Below, piece by piece: positions 1-12,972 of a stretch of 64,000 bases of DNA. A model generated the notes under the pieces. It was not told the origin of the DNA and ran no database searches. It was given only the letters and a program-made list of their open reading frames with translations. Made by a program: the position numbers and the translations under genes. Every line of letters starts with the position of its first letter. The first letter of the stretch is position 1. This stretch comes from Sphagnum compactum (taxonomy: Eukaryota): contig OZ234493.1 of assembly GCA_965153455.1 (NCBI GenBank), positions 4,216,001 to 4,280,000 of the forward strand. The letters are read 5' to 3'.

Positions 1-837
1 TTACAAATTTTTGTCTTCTACTACCATCAAATTTTGTTTTCCTTCTTTTTTGCCCTTTTTTGTGGGTTTGTTTTGGCAGCAAGCTCTCCCTCCCCCCCCC
101 CCCCCCCAACTCCCTTTTTGAAGCATGAGGTGTTGTACTAGTTTTGGTACGTATATTGTGAATTTTGGTGGTCGGTTTTGGTACTTTTTGTAGCTAAAAA
201 ACACCAGTTAATATTGTTATTTTTGTATTTATTGCAGCATGCGACGATTCGTCTCAATTGAGGGCGTCTAAGGGTCTCTTTCCATTAGGTTGTTGTGATC
301 ACAGTAGTTACTACACACACTGTGTGTGTGTGTAACTGCGCTCTTGGATCTAATGGGAAAAGCCACTGACATAAGGCCTTGTTTTTCTTGTCGCTGCTGG
401 GTAAGTTCGTTCTGTTCTGTTATGATATCATCTTGATTTTTCGCACTTTATAACACGTTTTTGCATTGAGATTTTTGTAATCTTAAGCAATTAGCTCATC
501 CTCCCGTACTGCAGATGTTTTGAGAAGAGGAAGAAGAAGTAAGTTGCTTCTAAGAAGTAGCTTGGAAGCTCTGTTTCTTTTGTGCGTGTAAGTACTTAGC
601 AGTCTGCAGATGAGGAAAGAGACACACACACACACACACACACACACAGAGCAGGGATCTAATGGTCGGTCGACAAATAAGAAGAAAATCCCAATTTTTT
701 TTTTTTCTTATTTGAGGATGTTGTGCAGTTGTTGTAATCGATTTTTTTTTGGTGGGTGTTTTTGGTTTCAGTAAACAAGAAGGATTTGCAGTTTCGACAG
801 TAAAGATATGGCAATATACAACACCCGAAAATTGGCT

Positions 838-1033
838 ACAGTTAGAATTCTTGTATAAGAAGAAGAAGAGGAAGCTAGAATTGTTGTTTAAGAAGCAGAA
901 GAAGAAGAGGAGGAAGCTAGAATTCTTGTACAAGAAGAAGAAGAAGAAGAAGAAGCTAGAATTATATAAGAAGCAGAAGAAGAAGAGGAAGCTAGAATTT
1001 TTGTGTAAGAAGCAGAAGAAGGAGAAGAAGAAG
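838..1033. repeat. Imperfect purine-rich minisatellite (AAG tracts punctuated by AAGCTAGAATT) upstream of the lipase ATG
   Basis: About 5 copies of 'aagaagaagaggaagctagaatt..tgt'. It generates the spurious poly-Lys ORF 749..1054. Confidence 0.8.
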
Positions 1034-1178
1034 CCGGCTGCTATGGAGAACTAGATTAAGCAGAAGATGCTGCAGGTGGTGCAGCTTCTTGTTGCTGTGT
1101 TGTGGTGATCATCAGCTCGGTCTTCTTCATGTCGCACGGGAGTAATATATCGGTGGTGACTACAATAACTCCTTGACC

Positions 1179-4100
1179 ATGGGAACCATGAAATCAATAA
1201 GTTCGGTATGGGTTGTGACGCAGTTCTGCATCACGTCGCTGCTGCTACTAACAATGTTAGCAAGTAGTCGCAGCAGCAGGAGTAGTACCACTGCACAGGC
1301 GGCGACAGGAGCGCCATCAGCAGGACCGGTAGCTTCTTCTTCTGTTGCAGCTCCACCGGCGCAGAACAACTCCACCGGGTTCTGTCAAGCGTTTATTGTT
1401 TCCTCGGACTACACCTGCTCCGAATACATGGTGGGTTGTTGTTGTTGTTGTTGTTGTCGTCGTCGTTGGTGTTCCAAGTGCCTTTCAGGTCTTCAGCTGC
1501 AGTTGTGAATATTAGATTGCCGGCAGCAGCAGCAGCAGGTGCGAACAACTTGAGTGACGAGTCCGCAATTCCTTTGCATGGGTGTAGGTGGAGACTGTGG
1601 ATGGCTATTTGCTTGCGATTCAACGCATTGCAGCAGTGGCGGCGCCGGCAGCAAAGGGACCCGCTTTCTTGTACCATGGCATCATGGAGGTTGTTACCTA
1701 GCTATACATCTCTAGTCCCTGCAGCTTTCGTGCTTCCTTCAATCGTTCGTGTCACTCTTCAGAGATTGCAGCTAGTGAACTGACGACTGGGACCTCAAGA
1801 TTCTTGGCTGAAAAATGTGGCCAGACGATTGAGCATGATGAGTCTCTTCTCTTTCAATATACGCATGATATAGAATCAAAAAGTGACGCGATCTGTGGTT
1901 GGTGTGTCCGGCGCGCATGCAGGGAGGAGACATTTGGGTGTTGAATCCGGGTGAGGAGTCGCTAGCCTTCTTGCTAGCAAACGCGGGATACGAAGTTTGG
2001 ATCGGTAATACTCGTTCCACCATCTACACCTTCGGCCATGTTCTCTATCAACGACAGCAGAAGGTAATGAATCTTATCTGAGAAATCTTCTTGAAGTGCC
2101 CAGCAGCTTCACTGCAAAGCGGGTCAGGGTTTAATTAGTGGGCGTCGAGCTCAGGGTTTAATGGTCTTGGAGCTCAGGCCAGTTTCATGACCTTGTAGCT
2201 CAATCTGGGTTTAGTGATCTTGGAGCGCAGGCTGCTTCAATGGTCTTGGAGCTTAGGGTTTAATGATCATGCAGGAACTTACTAGGGTTTAATGGGCTTG
2301 TTGCTAATCCTTGCAATTTGGTATCTGTGCATTCATCACCTGAAACCCAGACAGCATGCTCTGCCGAAGCTTGAGATTTCTCGTTACTTTTAGTTTTGCT
2401 CATAGTGATCCAGAATTACCCAGGAATTTGTAAGCTGAGATCAGATACAGATCTCTGGATAACCACCAACAGGTTTCAAGTCTGGTTTCTGTGCACAGTC
2501 CTTCAAATTTTTGTAGCAGATTATTGCAACTGTTCCAGATTCGCCATGGAGATGATAGCTTCTTTGATTTGAGTATCTATGTGCAGGAATTCTGGAACTG
2601 GAACTGGGATGATTTGGTTTCAAAGGACTTACCTTCAATGCTATATGCAGTATATAATCACACTCAGCAACCTCTCTTCTATGTTGGCTACTCGCAGGTG
2701 CGTGCATATTGCATAATCCAAAGACAAATGTTTGTAGCCCAGTCATCTCTCACAGACAGGTGCAAATTATGTTGCATAATCTGAAGACAAATCTTTTGTA
2801 GCCATCTTTTGGTGCAGATGTGCATTGTTGCATAATCCAAAAGAAACTTTTTGTAGCCATCTCTTGCTCTAAGATGTGCATTGTTGTGTAATCTAGAGAC
2901 AATTTTTGAAGCCATCTCTCGCTTGCAGATGTGCATTGTTGTGTAAATCCGAAAGACAATTTTTGTATCCATCTCTCTGAGGTGTGCATCTTGCACAATG
3001 GAAACATGATATCCACCACCCTCCACCAAAGAAATTAATGGTAGAATGAATTGGAAAACAAAGCAAATTTGTCCAGACTTTCTCTCTGTCTCTCTCTCTC
3101 GTGTAATGAACTTGATGTTGTAGAATTGAATATGATTGATTTTTGTATGTTGTGATGTGCATCAGGGTTCAATGACAGCATTTGCAGCGTTTTCTCAAGG
3201 GCCTTTAGTGAATCTGGTTGCAAAAGCGGCGATGCTGAGTCCAGTCAGTCATGTGAACCATATCACGTCAGCTGTTGCACTTGCAGCATCGTATTTGTAT
3301 GCTGATCAGGTGCCACTGCTGCTTCTCAATTCTGACAATAATTTGTGGCTCTCACAGATGCCCACTCTAATTTGCACCTCGCAATTTTTTTCTACTTACT
3401 GTGCTCATTATTTTTCTCTAGAGATCCAGAGCTGAACAGAATTGTTAGCTCTAGATGAGTGAGTACATCACACTTTGCACTATGAATTTTCTTGGGGGGA
3501 TTTTGCAGTAACCCAAATTTACTCTGAAGAAAATTGTGGACTTTGTTTTAACAGGCTTTGCTGGCAGCTGGTTTCTTTGAGTTCAATTTGTACGGGTATG
3601 ACTTTTATCAACCTTCTCTGTGCAAATCCAGAACATCTACAAAATCACAAGCTTTTCTTTCTGTACTATGGAATGGTGAATCCCCTGCCCATTACATTGG
3701 GTAATGTGCCAGGTGACCGAGTTAGGGTGAGCTAGGCGGTGCCCATTATACCCAACATAATGGGCAAGGGTGAAACCATTCCATGGCATTAAGGTCTGGA
3801 GGGGTGATGGCAGATTCAATGACTTCCTGAAAAAAAAAATCATCTTCAACAGACATATTTTGGTCACTATAATGAGTTGATGATGATCATCGAAAGATTA
3901 TGCCATATAATATGGTCAAGAAAATGACATAATCTGCGGCCCCCCCCCAAGACCTTAATGTTTGTAGTTTTGCACTAGTTTCTGAGAGGGGTTTTTAATT
4001 TCTTACTTGTAAAATGCAGTTGACACCTGACAACCAACTCCTTTTTCTTCTTCTTGTAGTAGAAGGAAATGACAAAACATGTGTACAAATTCTGTTGCTT

Positions 4101-5035
4101 TTTGCAGTGAAGCAGTTGCCAAGTTTTTAGACATTGTGTGTACATCTCCACAAGTAGATTGCACAACTGACCTGCTCAGTCAAATTACTGGTAAGGGTTT
4201 AGGAAGGAGGAGGAAGAGGAAGAGGAGGGGAGAGGTTTTTGTAGATTTTTCTGAAGAATTTGGAATTTCTTCAATTTTGGAAACTGGTCATGTGGCTTTT
4301 GCTTCTTTAAAATTGGTGTGTCCTTATGTGACAGGTACAAATTGTTGTTTAAATGAAACAAGGATGCCATTATATTATCTTTACAGCTTTCAATCCACCT
4401 CCATGCAAAACATTGCACAATTGGCTCAAAGTTGGTATCTTCTTCCCTTTTCTTTTCCCATTTTCTTTCCTTCCAAAGTTGCTGCTCCCCAAGCATTCGA
4501 TAGGTTAAGACCCAAATGTAATTAGGTACTTATACCTGTCATTGATGATGCTTGGCATTAAATAATTCCTGGAAACAATGAAATTATTGAGTTATATCTT
4601 TTGCTGGAATTCTAGAGAATGAAACCAAAGTACAAAGGTGAAGGTGAAGGTTTCTTTGCCAACTATACTTCATGTGAAGGTGTCACTGTGGAAGTCGCAA
4701 ACTATACTGATCAGAATGCTGGGACAATTGCAGTGGTGCGCACAGGAGGATTTGGTTTGTATGACTATGGGTATTTGGGGAACCTCCTGAATTATCACTC
4801 AATGTCACCACCTCAGTACGATTTGTCAGCAATTCCAGCTTCACTCCCAATGTTCCTGGCTCATGGTGGCAATGACACCATTTCAGATCCTGACGATGTT
4901 GCCAATTTGATCAGTCTGCTGCAAGGAGTCCCCGAAGTCCTCTATTTGCCAGAGTATGCACATGGTGACTTTATCATTGGTTGTACTGCTGGAACACTAG
5001 TATATTCCCAGATTCTTGCTTTCTTCGAAGGATAG
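1179..5035 (+). CDS. Secreted acid/triacylglycerol lipase (AB-hydrolase lipase family, LIP1/MPL1-like), 9 exons
   Basis: GT-AG exons read by eye: 1179-1430, 1588-1689, 1923-2063, 2587-2697, 3166-3309, 3555-3595, 4108-4190, 4335-4430, 4734-5035. Shows a hydrophobic signal peptide, VETVDGYLLAIQRI, FLYHGI, GYEVWIGNTRS, FWNWNWDDL, nucleophile GYSQG across exons 4/5, GGND (Asp) and YAHGDF (His). Confidence 0.93.
2700..2992. repeat. ~58-bp intronic tandem repeat, ~5 diverged copies (lipase intron 4)
   Basis: Recurring 'gtgcattgttgcataatc..aagacaa..tttgtagccatctct..cagat'. Confidence 0.75.
3670..3795. mobile_element. Small foldback/MITE-like element in lipase intron 6; a related half-copy lies at ~5841-5890
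   Basis: ggaatggtgaatcccctgcccattacattgggtaatg pairs imperfectly with cattatacccaacataatgggcaagggtgaaaccattcc. 5841-5885 matches the reverse complement of 3751-3795. Confidence 0.6.
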
Positions 5036-7559
5036 CAAATGGATGATGATGGTTTTGAAGCGTGCACAACTTACATATAGAGACTTTGTTACTACTTTTT
5101 TTCCCTCAAAAGATGCGCACCAGGGAATGAGAATCAGGGGGAAAAGAAATCCTGAGTTCTTGACTTTCTTCCTTCTCTTTGATAATTTTGAAGGTTTGGG
5201 AGTTCAATTTTTGCCCCTTTGAAATATGATGAGTGAATTTGTGTAATTAGAGTTTTTTGTTGTCTTTGAAGGTCTTGTATTCTATCAATCTTTGTCTTAA
5301 ATAGAGATTCTATAACACATGAATTGTAGTAAGAAGTTCCCACTTTTTCCTTGCAAACCCGATTCTTGCACCAGGCATTCAAAAAGCTTGGAATCTGAAT
5401 TTGTATCATTCATCTTGGAAGCCCTATCAAGTTCAGAATCTGTCAGAAACCCAAGAATCAATCTGTTGCATCAAATCTCCCATGGACTTAGTAGATCAAA
5501 TTTGTTGGTCAGACCCATCATTTTCTTCACAATTTGTGTGCTTCAAATCTGTAGAAAGGAACATGTTATTTTCAGAAAAACCTTCACTAAACCCTACTCC
5601 ACTGTTGAAGCCCCCAACAGTAGAGTATCAGCACCTAAAAGCCTCAAAAACCTGCTTCAGTTTGTTGCTTGGGTGTGGAGTCTGGACCCATTTGCATTAA
5701 GAATCTGGGGTCACAAATTATGTCTTTCTTTAATCACATTTTATGACAAAGTTTTCCAGTGCTGATCATACACTTGTAGTAATAGTGATTTTGAACATGA
5801 ATTATTTCCAAAAATTGGTTTGAATCTGCCACCCCATCACACCTTAATGGCATAGAATGGCCAAGTCCCTGCCCATTATGTTGGGTAAGTGGCAGGCGAG
5901 CCCATCAGCAATGGGAGTGTAGCTTAGTTGTAAAGGTCTGTGTTGTAAACTAGCACATGTATGTTGTTACAGAAAGCATCGGGTACGTGAGAAATATGCA
6001 AAGTTGTGGGGTGATTCTTGCATTGAAGAGAACTTGAAAACATGTGAAATGATACAACAAATGTTAATATCCAAAGCTCACATGTACGGAATGGGGTCTA
6101 CACCAAGGAACACATTGAGTCCAATAAGGGTATCACAAGTTTGGATTGGGTACTATACCTTATGAATGCATCGAGAGCCATCGGAGTAGCGTGTGATGCA
6201 CTTTCCACAATCAAGAACTAGGCATCATATATTACACGACTCACGAGACTTCAAATCACAAGAGTATCATCTAATACCCTCCTTTTGGACCTGAGGTTTG
6301 TGTGGACCATACTAAGTTCATTAATTTGATTTTTTTAAAGTCAAAATACCCCCCTTTTTTTTCATTTCCTTCTTCATGTTCTCATTTCTTTTTGTATTTT
6401 CTAGAGAATGTGACCTCAATGAGATTAAGGGGTTTTCCCTTCATACTTATGCATTTTAATGTATTTTGATCCAACCCAGGCAAGGATCAATTGACAACTC
6501 TAAATCTTAAAAGGAAAATGGTTTTTATTTTTAAAATTACATAGCTTTACATAACAAGTGTAAATCATTTTACATTTACATAATTTTACGTAACTTAAAA
6601 ATGAATTTTCATTGTTTTACATGAAGTGTAAATAAATTCCCTACTTACACACAACTAGTATATCTAAAACCCATATACATGCACAATGTCGGTCCCACCC
6701 TTAGTTATGGGGAGGGAACATGTCTTGATATTTTGCATGTCACCCATTCATAAAGTGTTGTTGGTGTGCACTATTCGTGCACTTTTTCATGCCTTTTTCT
6801 ATGTGGGACAGGCAACCCATATGCTCCTTCCACTTTGATTTTGATCAATTTCATTTGTAATGGGAAACATGTTGGTTGAGATGTGAATCAATGGAGGTGA
6901 AAACATTTTGGAACAAGGGGAGTGTGTCACATTGTGGCCTTTGCCATTTACATTAAAGAGTATCTCAAGACAAAAGAAGAACTATGGAAACTGCAAAATA
7001 TATAATCTTCAAAACTATCCTCTAAACGAAAGCAAAATCCTTCAAGATACATATTATAACTCTATAACTAATCTCATGCCAACACACTAGGTTTTGTCCA
7101 TTGCCCCCAAAACATTGTTGCATATTCTTACTCTTTGAGGGTAAGCTTTCTTTGAGGGTAAGCTTCAATAATACGTTAAATTTCACTTCATAATTCATCA
7201 TGTAGTTGGGACTTGGGACGCCAACCACACACAAGTAGATGCAAAGAATTCACACATAAACAACACACCCCCTTCTTCTTTACACATAAACCCTAAATCC
7301 TAAACCCTTCTTCCTTGCAGTGCAAATGCACTTAGTAATTTGTCATTTTGTTTGGGAAACCGTTTCAAACGCTCCCAAATATGCATGTACACTTATTATT
7401 TGTCATGGGTTAGGACGGGACACCTCCCCATATGGAGAATTGTTGCACAATTCTTGTAGTTAGACCAATTGTTTGTCATTGTTGATCATGGGGTTGGGGT
7501 GGATGGGAAGTACCCTATGTAGATTCATCACCTACTATCTTTTGTGCAATCTTCTCAAG

Positions 7560-7889
7560 CATCCTACTAGGTACACAACCTATGGTGAAGAAGATATTGA
7601 ATATTGAACAATTTTTTCTTGAACATTCATTTAAAGAAAAACTAAAAATTATAAGGAAATGTGGGTGTGCTCATGGTAGTATTAGAAAGTCCTAAGTGGG
7701 TAGGAATTAATGAAGGCGACTTGGAAATTTTTAGACTTAAGGTGTGAGAGATATGAATTTTTGAGTAAATTTTTGTCACTAAAAATTCAATGAAATTTAA
7801 TGAAAATTAATTTATTTCAATGATTTTTAAAAGGAAAATTAGTTGGGTAACCAATGCACACTTGGGCCAATGGTACGTGCTACTCTAGT
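7560..7889 (+). repeat. Dispersed non-coding repeat, possibly a non-autonomous Helitron 3' end; second copy at ~40320-40590 and a partial inverted copy at ~39900-40030
   Basis: Colinear similarity (attgaatattgaac..., aaaacta.aaattataagg.aa, ttaatgaag.cga, gagagatat, ttagttgggta). This copy ends in CTAG|T. Confidence 0.55.
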
Positions 7890-8459
7890 GCAAGTTAGAA
7901 CACAAAAATAATATTTAATGAATGTTATATATTTTTATCTTTCCCCAACTTACCTACTAAAGAATAATTTCAACACACACCACAATATATATATATATAT
8001 ATATAAGTGAAAAAAGAAAGAAAGGTATGTGATGGTTCAAGCACATGCACTACCTTTTTATTTATTTAAAGAATCCAAACAATAAAAAAAACAAACATGA
8101 AAATATTGTGCACCTCTTGCTTGGTATCTTGATCCGATCCTTTTTGCATATGCCAAAAGAGGATTTCCATTTTCAACTACAAATCTTCCTCCTCTTGCTC
8201 TTGGACTTGCTTGAACTTCCTTCTCCACTCCAATCCTAGTCCTAGACCAACTAATTTCCATTTTTCTTTTTTGAAGAGGCAAGGAACAAAACATGAACAA
8301 ACTCTAAGCAACTCTTGTTTATCGTCTCCTCCCACCCGAAAAGGGAAATGTTACACAACATGATGTAGTTTTGATTTGATACTTACATTTGACCCAATCG
8401 TCACTAGATGTATTGTAGGTGTATTGTGGTGGCGCACATTTTCAAGAATGCTCACTATT

Positions 8460-8812
8460 GGTGCATTCACACGTGATGTTAAATCAATGTTAAATGAAAA
8501 TCTAGGTGGCATCCTAGGTGGCACCTAATGTTAGTTAAATGAGCGATAGCTTAATGTAAAGTGAATCTTAGTTTAAGATAAAAAAATTCACGATAAATAA
8601 GTTTAAGTCTTAAATGACTAGTACGGTGTTAAAGGACTTAACACTAGAGTCCCTAACACCAAGTGTGAATATGCACTTTATGTATATATTCGTGTGAACA
8701 ACGATAATTAAGTTTAAGTCTTAAACGACTAGTATGGTGTTAATGGACTTAACACTAGAGTCCGTAACACCAAGTGTGAACGCACTTTATGTATATATTA
8801 GTGTGAACGACG
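8460..8812. mobile_element. MITE (Tourist/PIF-Harbinger-like) with ~20-bp TIRs and a tandemly duplicated right end
   Basis: Left TIR ggtgcattcacacgtgatgtt at 8460. Right TIRs aacaccaagtgtgaatatgcac (~8656) and aacaccaagtgtgaacgcac (~8766), each followed by T-TTA. ~111-bp duplication 8598-8812. Confidence 0.6.
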
Positions 8813-8984
8813 AGTTCATTTTTGGGGCAATTTTCGTTCAACTTTTCTCTTTGTGACCTAACCAAGAGTAGAAGAGAGAGTATAAGGAACTCTAAAAGCC
8901 CCCATGGTGTGCACCATATCTCTATGACTAGAGGATTTTGAGATAGAGACAAATCTCATAACCCACTTCATTTCTCATGTCCCT

Positions 8985-9240
8985 TCAATTTTTTCCCATG
9001 TCAAAATCCATCCAACTTCTACATCTCTTTTACTCCGTTGATTTTTTCCCACATCAAAATCCATCCAATTTGTCCATCTCTTTTTGTCCATTGATTTTTT
9101 CCCATGTCAAAATCCATCCAATTTCTCCATCTCTTTTTGTCCATTGATTTTTTCCCATGTCAAAATCCATCCAATTTCTCCATCTCTTTTTGTCCATTGA
9201 TTTTTTCCCATGTCAAAATCCATCCAATTTCTCCATCTCC
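8985..9240. repeat. 53-bp minisatellite, ~4.7 copies
   Basis: Unit ttttttcccatgtcaaaatccatccaatttctccatctctttttgtccattga. Confidence 0.9.
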
Positions 9241-9320
9241 TTTACTACCAATGCAATACAATACAATAGGTTGGTTTCTTTTGGCCCAAAAAAACCGACA
9301 AAAGCTCTCTTTGATCGAAT

Positions 9321-9356
<36 letters not shown>

Positions 9357-10088
9357 GTAGCCAAAAAGTGAGATTAAAACATATTATCGACAGTGCGAAT
9401 CAAGTACTTTTGGAAATTTTCAATAGCCAAAATTCAATCAAATTTTAAGGAAAAAAACCAGATTTTTTTATACATGGTTCAACTAGATATTTTTGGAAAA
9501 AAATCTTTCATACATATTTTTAACTTGTCACCAAATTTGGCAAAATCTTCCTACAGATAATCGCCACTTTTGGCTATATCACAAAATTGACCCCAAGAAA
9601 TACATTGGAGGGTACACAAAGCAACAAATGAAAATGTTGAAAAACGAAAAAAAAAAGAAAAAAAGGGAGGGGGTGGTTTGGGGGGACCGTTGGTCAAATG
9701 TCACCGCGCGTGATTTTACAGTCTTTTATTTTTCGGTCACGACCGTCTTTTACTGCGGAGGACCCGGGGCGACCGTCGCCAAATAGTCGTACTCGTGAAA
9801 AACAGAATCACCGTCCTCCGGACGGCGCCCTCGTCGTCTCCCTTGAAGATCGCTGGAGTCTGCGCAGCATCCCCGTCTGCGAGAAACACAACTCTCGCGG
9901 AGACGCTCGACGATCTGCGGTCTCTCTTGGCCTTAGAACCTCAGATCAGAGCTTGTCTTCCATTATTGTGGTTTTTTCGTATCGGAGGTTTGTGGGTTTT
10001 TCTTCTTTTCTTTGCTAAACGCCTTTTTTGTGTGAGAGAGAGAGAGAGTGTGTGTGTGTGTGTGTGGACACGCGGGGGTGTAGCAGCG

Positions 10089-11204
10089 ATGGACCTTGCA
10101 GAGAGAAAGAGTAGCCTGTTGCCGGAGTTTCTGTACAGCCACAGGGGATCATCTCCTGCGGTTGGAGGAATGGCAAGCTACGGTGGAGGAGCAGCGGCGT
10201 CGTCGTCGTTCAGCTCGATGTACCCGAGGTCGACGACGGCGAGTGGTAGCGTCGGGAAGGCACCCGGGTTCATGATCCCAGCTGCGAGCGAGGGGAAAAT
10301 CAAGATGTTTTCTCCCGAGTATTACCGAGCTTGTGCCTTTGGTGGTACACTGTGTTGTGGCTTGACGCATATGGCGGTGACACCCATTGACGTCGTGAAG
10401 TGCAACATGCAGATCGCGCCCGAGAAGTACAGAAGCATCGCCGGAGGGTTCTCGTTGGTGGTCAAGGAACAAGGACCCACGGGGCTGTTCAGAGGATGGG
10501 CACCCACGTTGCTCGGCTACAGCGTGCAAGGAGCTTGCAAGTATGGATTCTACGAGTATTTCAAGAAGACGTACTCAGACATGGTCGGAGCTGAGAACGC
10601 GAAGACGTACAAGACCTTGATCTATCTGGCAGGTTCAGCTTCTGCCGAAGTCATTGCCGACATCGGTCTTTGCCCATTCGAGGCCGTCAAGGTGCGAGTG
10701 CAAACACAGCCAGGGTTTGCTAAAGGTCTCACAGACGGTTTCCCCAAGCTCATCGCCAACGAAGGCGTGGGTGGTCTTTACAAGGGACTGGTTCCGCTTT
10801 GGGCTCGACAGATCCCGTATACGATGATGAAGTTCGCCACCTTCGAGAGCACTGTGGAAGCGATCTACAAGTACGTCGTCCCTGTGCCCAAGAGCGAGTG
10901 CTCCAAGTCCACTCAACTGGGGGTAAGCTTCTCCGCCGGTTACATTGCTGGAGTTGCTTGTGCCATCATCTCCCATCCCGCTGATAACTTGGTGTCGTTC
11001 TTGAACAACGCCAAGGGCGCCACTGTCTCACAAGCCGTGAATCAGATGGGCATGCTTGCGCTCTTCACCCGTGGTCTTCCCCTGCGTATCATTATGATCG
11101 GTACTCTCACCGGTGCTCAATGGGGTATCTACGACGCCTTCAAGGTTTTCGTCGGCTTGCCTACCACTGGCGGTGTTGCCCCCGAAGAGCCCAAGAAGGA
11201 CTAG
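10089..11204 (+). CDS. PHT3: Mitochondrial phosphate carrier (PHT3/MPT, SLC25A3 family), intronless, 371 aa
   Basis: Continuous ORF with plant N-terminus SLLPEFLYS...FMIPA..GKIKMFSPEYY, carrier motifs PIDVVK, PFEAVKVR and PADNLVS, and signatures GWAPTLLGYS, RQIPYTMMKF and QWGIYDAFK. ATG at 10089 is preferred over the GTG at 9795. Confidence 0.96.
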   Translation: MDLAERKSSLLPEFLYSHRGSSPAVGGMASYGGGAAASSSFSSMYPRSTTASGSVGKAPGFMIPAASEGKIKMFSPEYYRACAFGGTLCCGLTHMAVTPIDVVKCNMQIAPEKYRSIAGGFSLVVKEQGPTGLFRGWAPTLLGYSVQGACKYGFYEYFKKTYSDMVGAENAKTYKTLIYLAGSASAEVIADIGLCPFEAVKVRVQTQPGFAKGLTDGFPKLIANEGVGGLYKGLVPLWARQIPYTMMKFATFESTVEAIYKYVVPVPKSECSKSTQLGVSFSAGYIAGVACAIISHPADNLVSFLNNAKGATVSQAVNQMGMLALFTRGLPLRIIMIGTLTGAQWGIYDAFKVFVGLPTTGGVAPEEPKKD

Positions 11205-11929
11205 ATTGCTTGCTTGCTTGAGGAGAATCAGTTTCCTTGCCGTGAAGAAGAGGAAGAAACCCTAGGATATGAGCAGCAACACCATCAGCAGCAGCAGCAG
11301 CTTGAGAGTGCTCACAATTGAATCTTTTGTTGTTTTGATTTTTTTCCCGGTTCAACAACACATCCCACCTCTGTTTGATGAAGCTCATCTTCTTCCTCAC
11401 ATTGATGGACAAAGAAGAAGAATACAGTGGAAAATGGGCAACAACACTCAAATCCCTTAGCCCACCCTCAAACCCTCTGACCTTCTTTGCATTCTCTGCT
11501 TGCATTTTTCTTGCATTCTTTAGTGTATGTATGTATGTCTACATCACATATGCTTAAACCTATTTTTTTGCAATGAAATTCTCTATTAAGCAAAAGCTTC
11601 AGGATGATCATCTGCCATCATGCTGTCTTTCTTTCTTTGATTCTTGGGACTGCAGCAGCATCATGCATTGGGGTTTTACATTGTTGAAACCTTCCCTCAC
11701 CAATCCTTTTTGGTTATCTCAATCATTTGGAGATAACTCGAGCAATTGAGAGTTGGCATGGCTACCAACATAGCTGAAGAAGATTTTTTTTCCTTTGCTG
11801 AGAAAGAAGATCCTCATTGTTGAGACGTATTGTTGGCAGGTAGGTGGTTCATAGTGAATAAACACTTCGTATGCAGACTTCTTACTGTTCTTCCTCTTGT
11901 GAAAGCAAAGGCTGTTGCAGAGCTATGGG

Positions 11930-12315
11930 TTCTGTTGTTGGGTGGTGAGTTCTCTCAGCAAACAAACCTTAGAGCTGGACAATTAGGTTTTGGTTCTTTC
12001 CAACATGCAATTGTTCTGCTTCTTGTGTTCCTTCTTTCTTCTCAAATGAGAACAATGATTGTTGCAAGCAATGGATTGTGTTGTTGGGTTGTGAGTTCTG
12101 TTAGCAAACAAACCTTGGATCTCTACAATTAGGTTTTGGTTCTTTGCCAGACTTGATTCTTTGTCTTCTTGTAATTTTTTTTTTTTTGTTTTTTTCCTCA
12201 AATGAAACTTGATTTGCTATTGTGAGAATGAAGACTGTTGCAAGCTATGAATTGTGTTGTCTCAGGTGATGAGTTCTCTCCACAAACAAATCTTGGAACT
12301 GGACAATTAGGTTGC
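11930..12315. repeat. Three diverged local copies of a ~60-150 bp sequence between the convergent carrier genes
   Basis: gagttct.t..gcaaacaaa.ctt.ga.ct..acaattaggtt at ~11947, ~12093 and ~12271. Confidence 0.65.
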
Positions 12316-12972
12316 ATTTCCATAGCGCCTCATGCCTTCGTATAAATGGAAAAAGCTTTGTGATGTGAAAACAGCATGACATTTCAGTAGTAATTATAGC
12401 ATCTCTGCCCACACCCTTGATTTGGGCCTCTACCAATGTTTACCAATGCTTGTGATTCTATGAATGACAATTGACTAACTCACCTTCTGTTTTCTTTACC
12501 CTGGAAAAAGTAGTTTTTTGAAAAATCTTGACATTTTTAATAATATAATTAGTGTCAAAACTGCCCCCATACTGTAGTAATCTCCAACCACACCCTCTCT
12601 ACTTGGGCCCTCTACTGGAATGGAAAATAGGGTCTCCATAGATTTCCCGCAAATGGTTCATGGTTCATAGATAACCCACATTGAGATTGAATAAGCAGTA
12701 GAAAAAATGAGCCCAGTTCCTGGTACTATTTGTCAGAGTATAAATAAAACATTCCCAAGTGGCGCTGTCTTAAGCAAGGTGTTCTGCACTGGCTGACAAC
12801 CAGCAAGCCACTGGGAGTAGAAAATCTGGCAATCTCTTACTCATATACACAGCACAAGATGATACATGAGCATTGACATAAAAATTCTAGACTCTTGTTC
12901 TCACTGGTTAAAGGCCCAGGTGCATTGGCCAAGCCGCCATCATCCACTGTGTGTTCCTCTATGGTTTTTTGC

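Noticed and set aside
749-1054. Lys-rich ORF
   Set aside because: Artefact of the AAG minisatellite.
5941-6285. Possible solo LTR with polypurine tract on the minus strand
   Set aside because: Only short terminal motifs (TGTTG; AATACCCTCC); no second copy, TSD or internal domain.
9795-10088. N-terminal extension of the phosphate carrier ORF
   Set aside because: Begins at GTG and crosses a (GA)/(GT) microsatellite; family similarity starts at ATG 10089.
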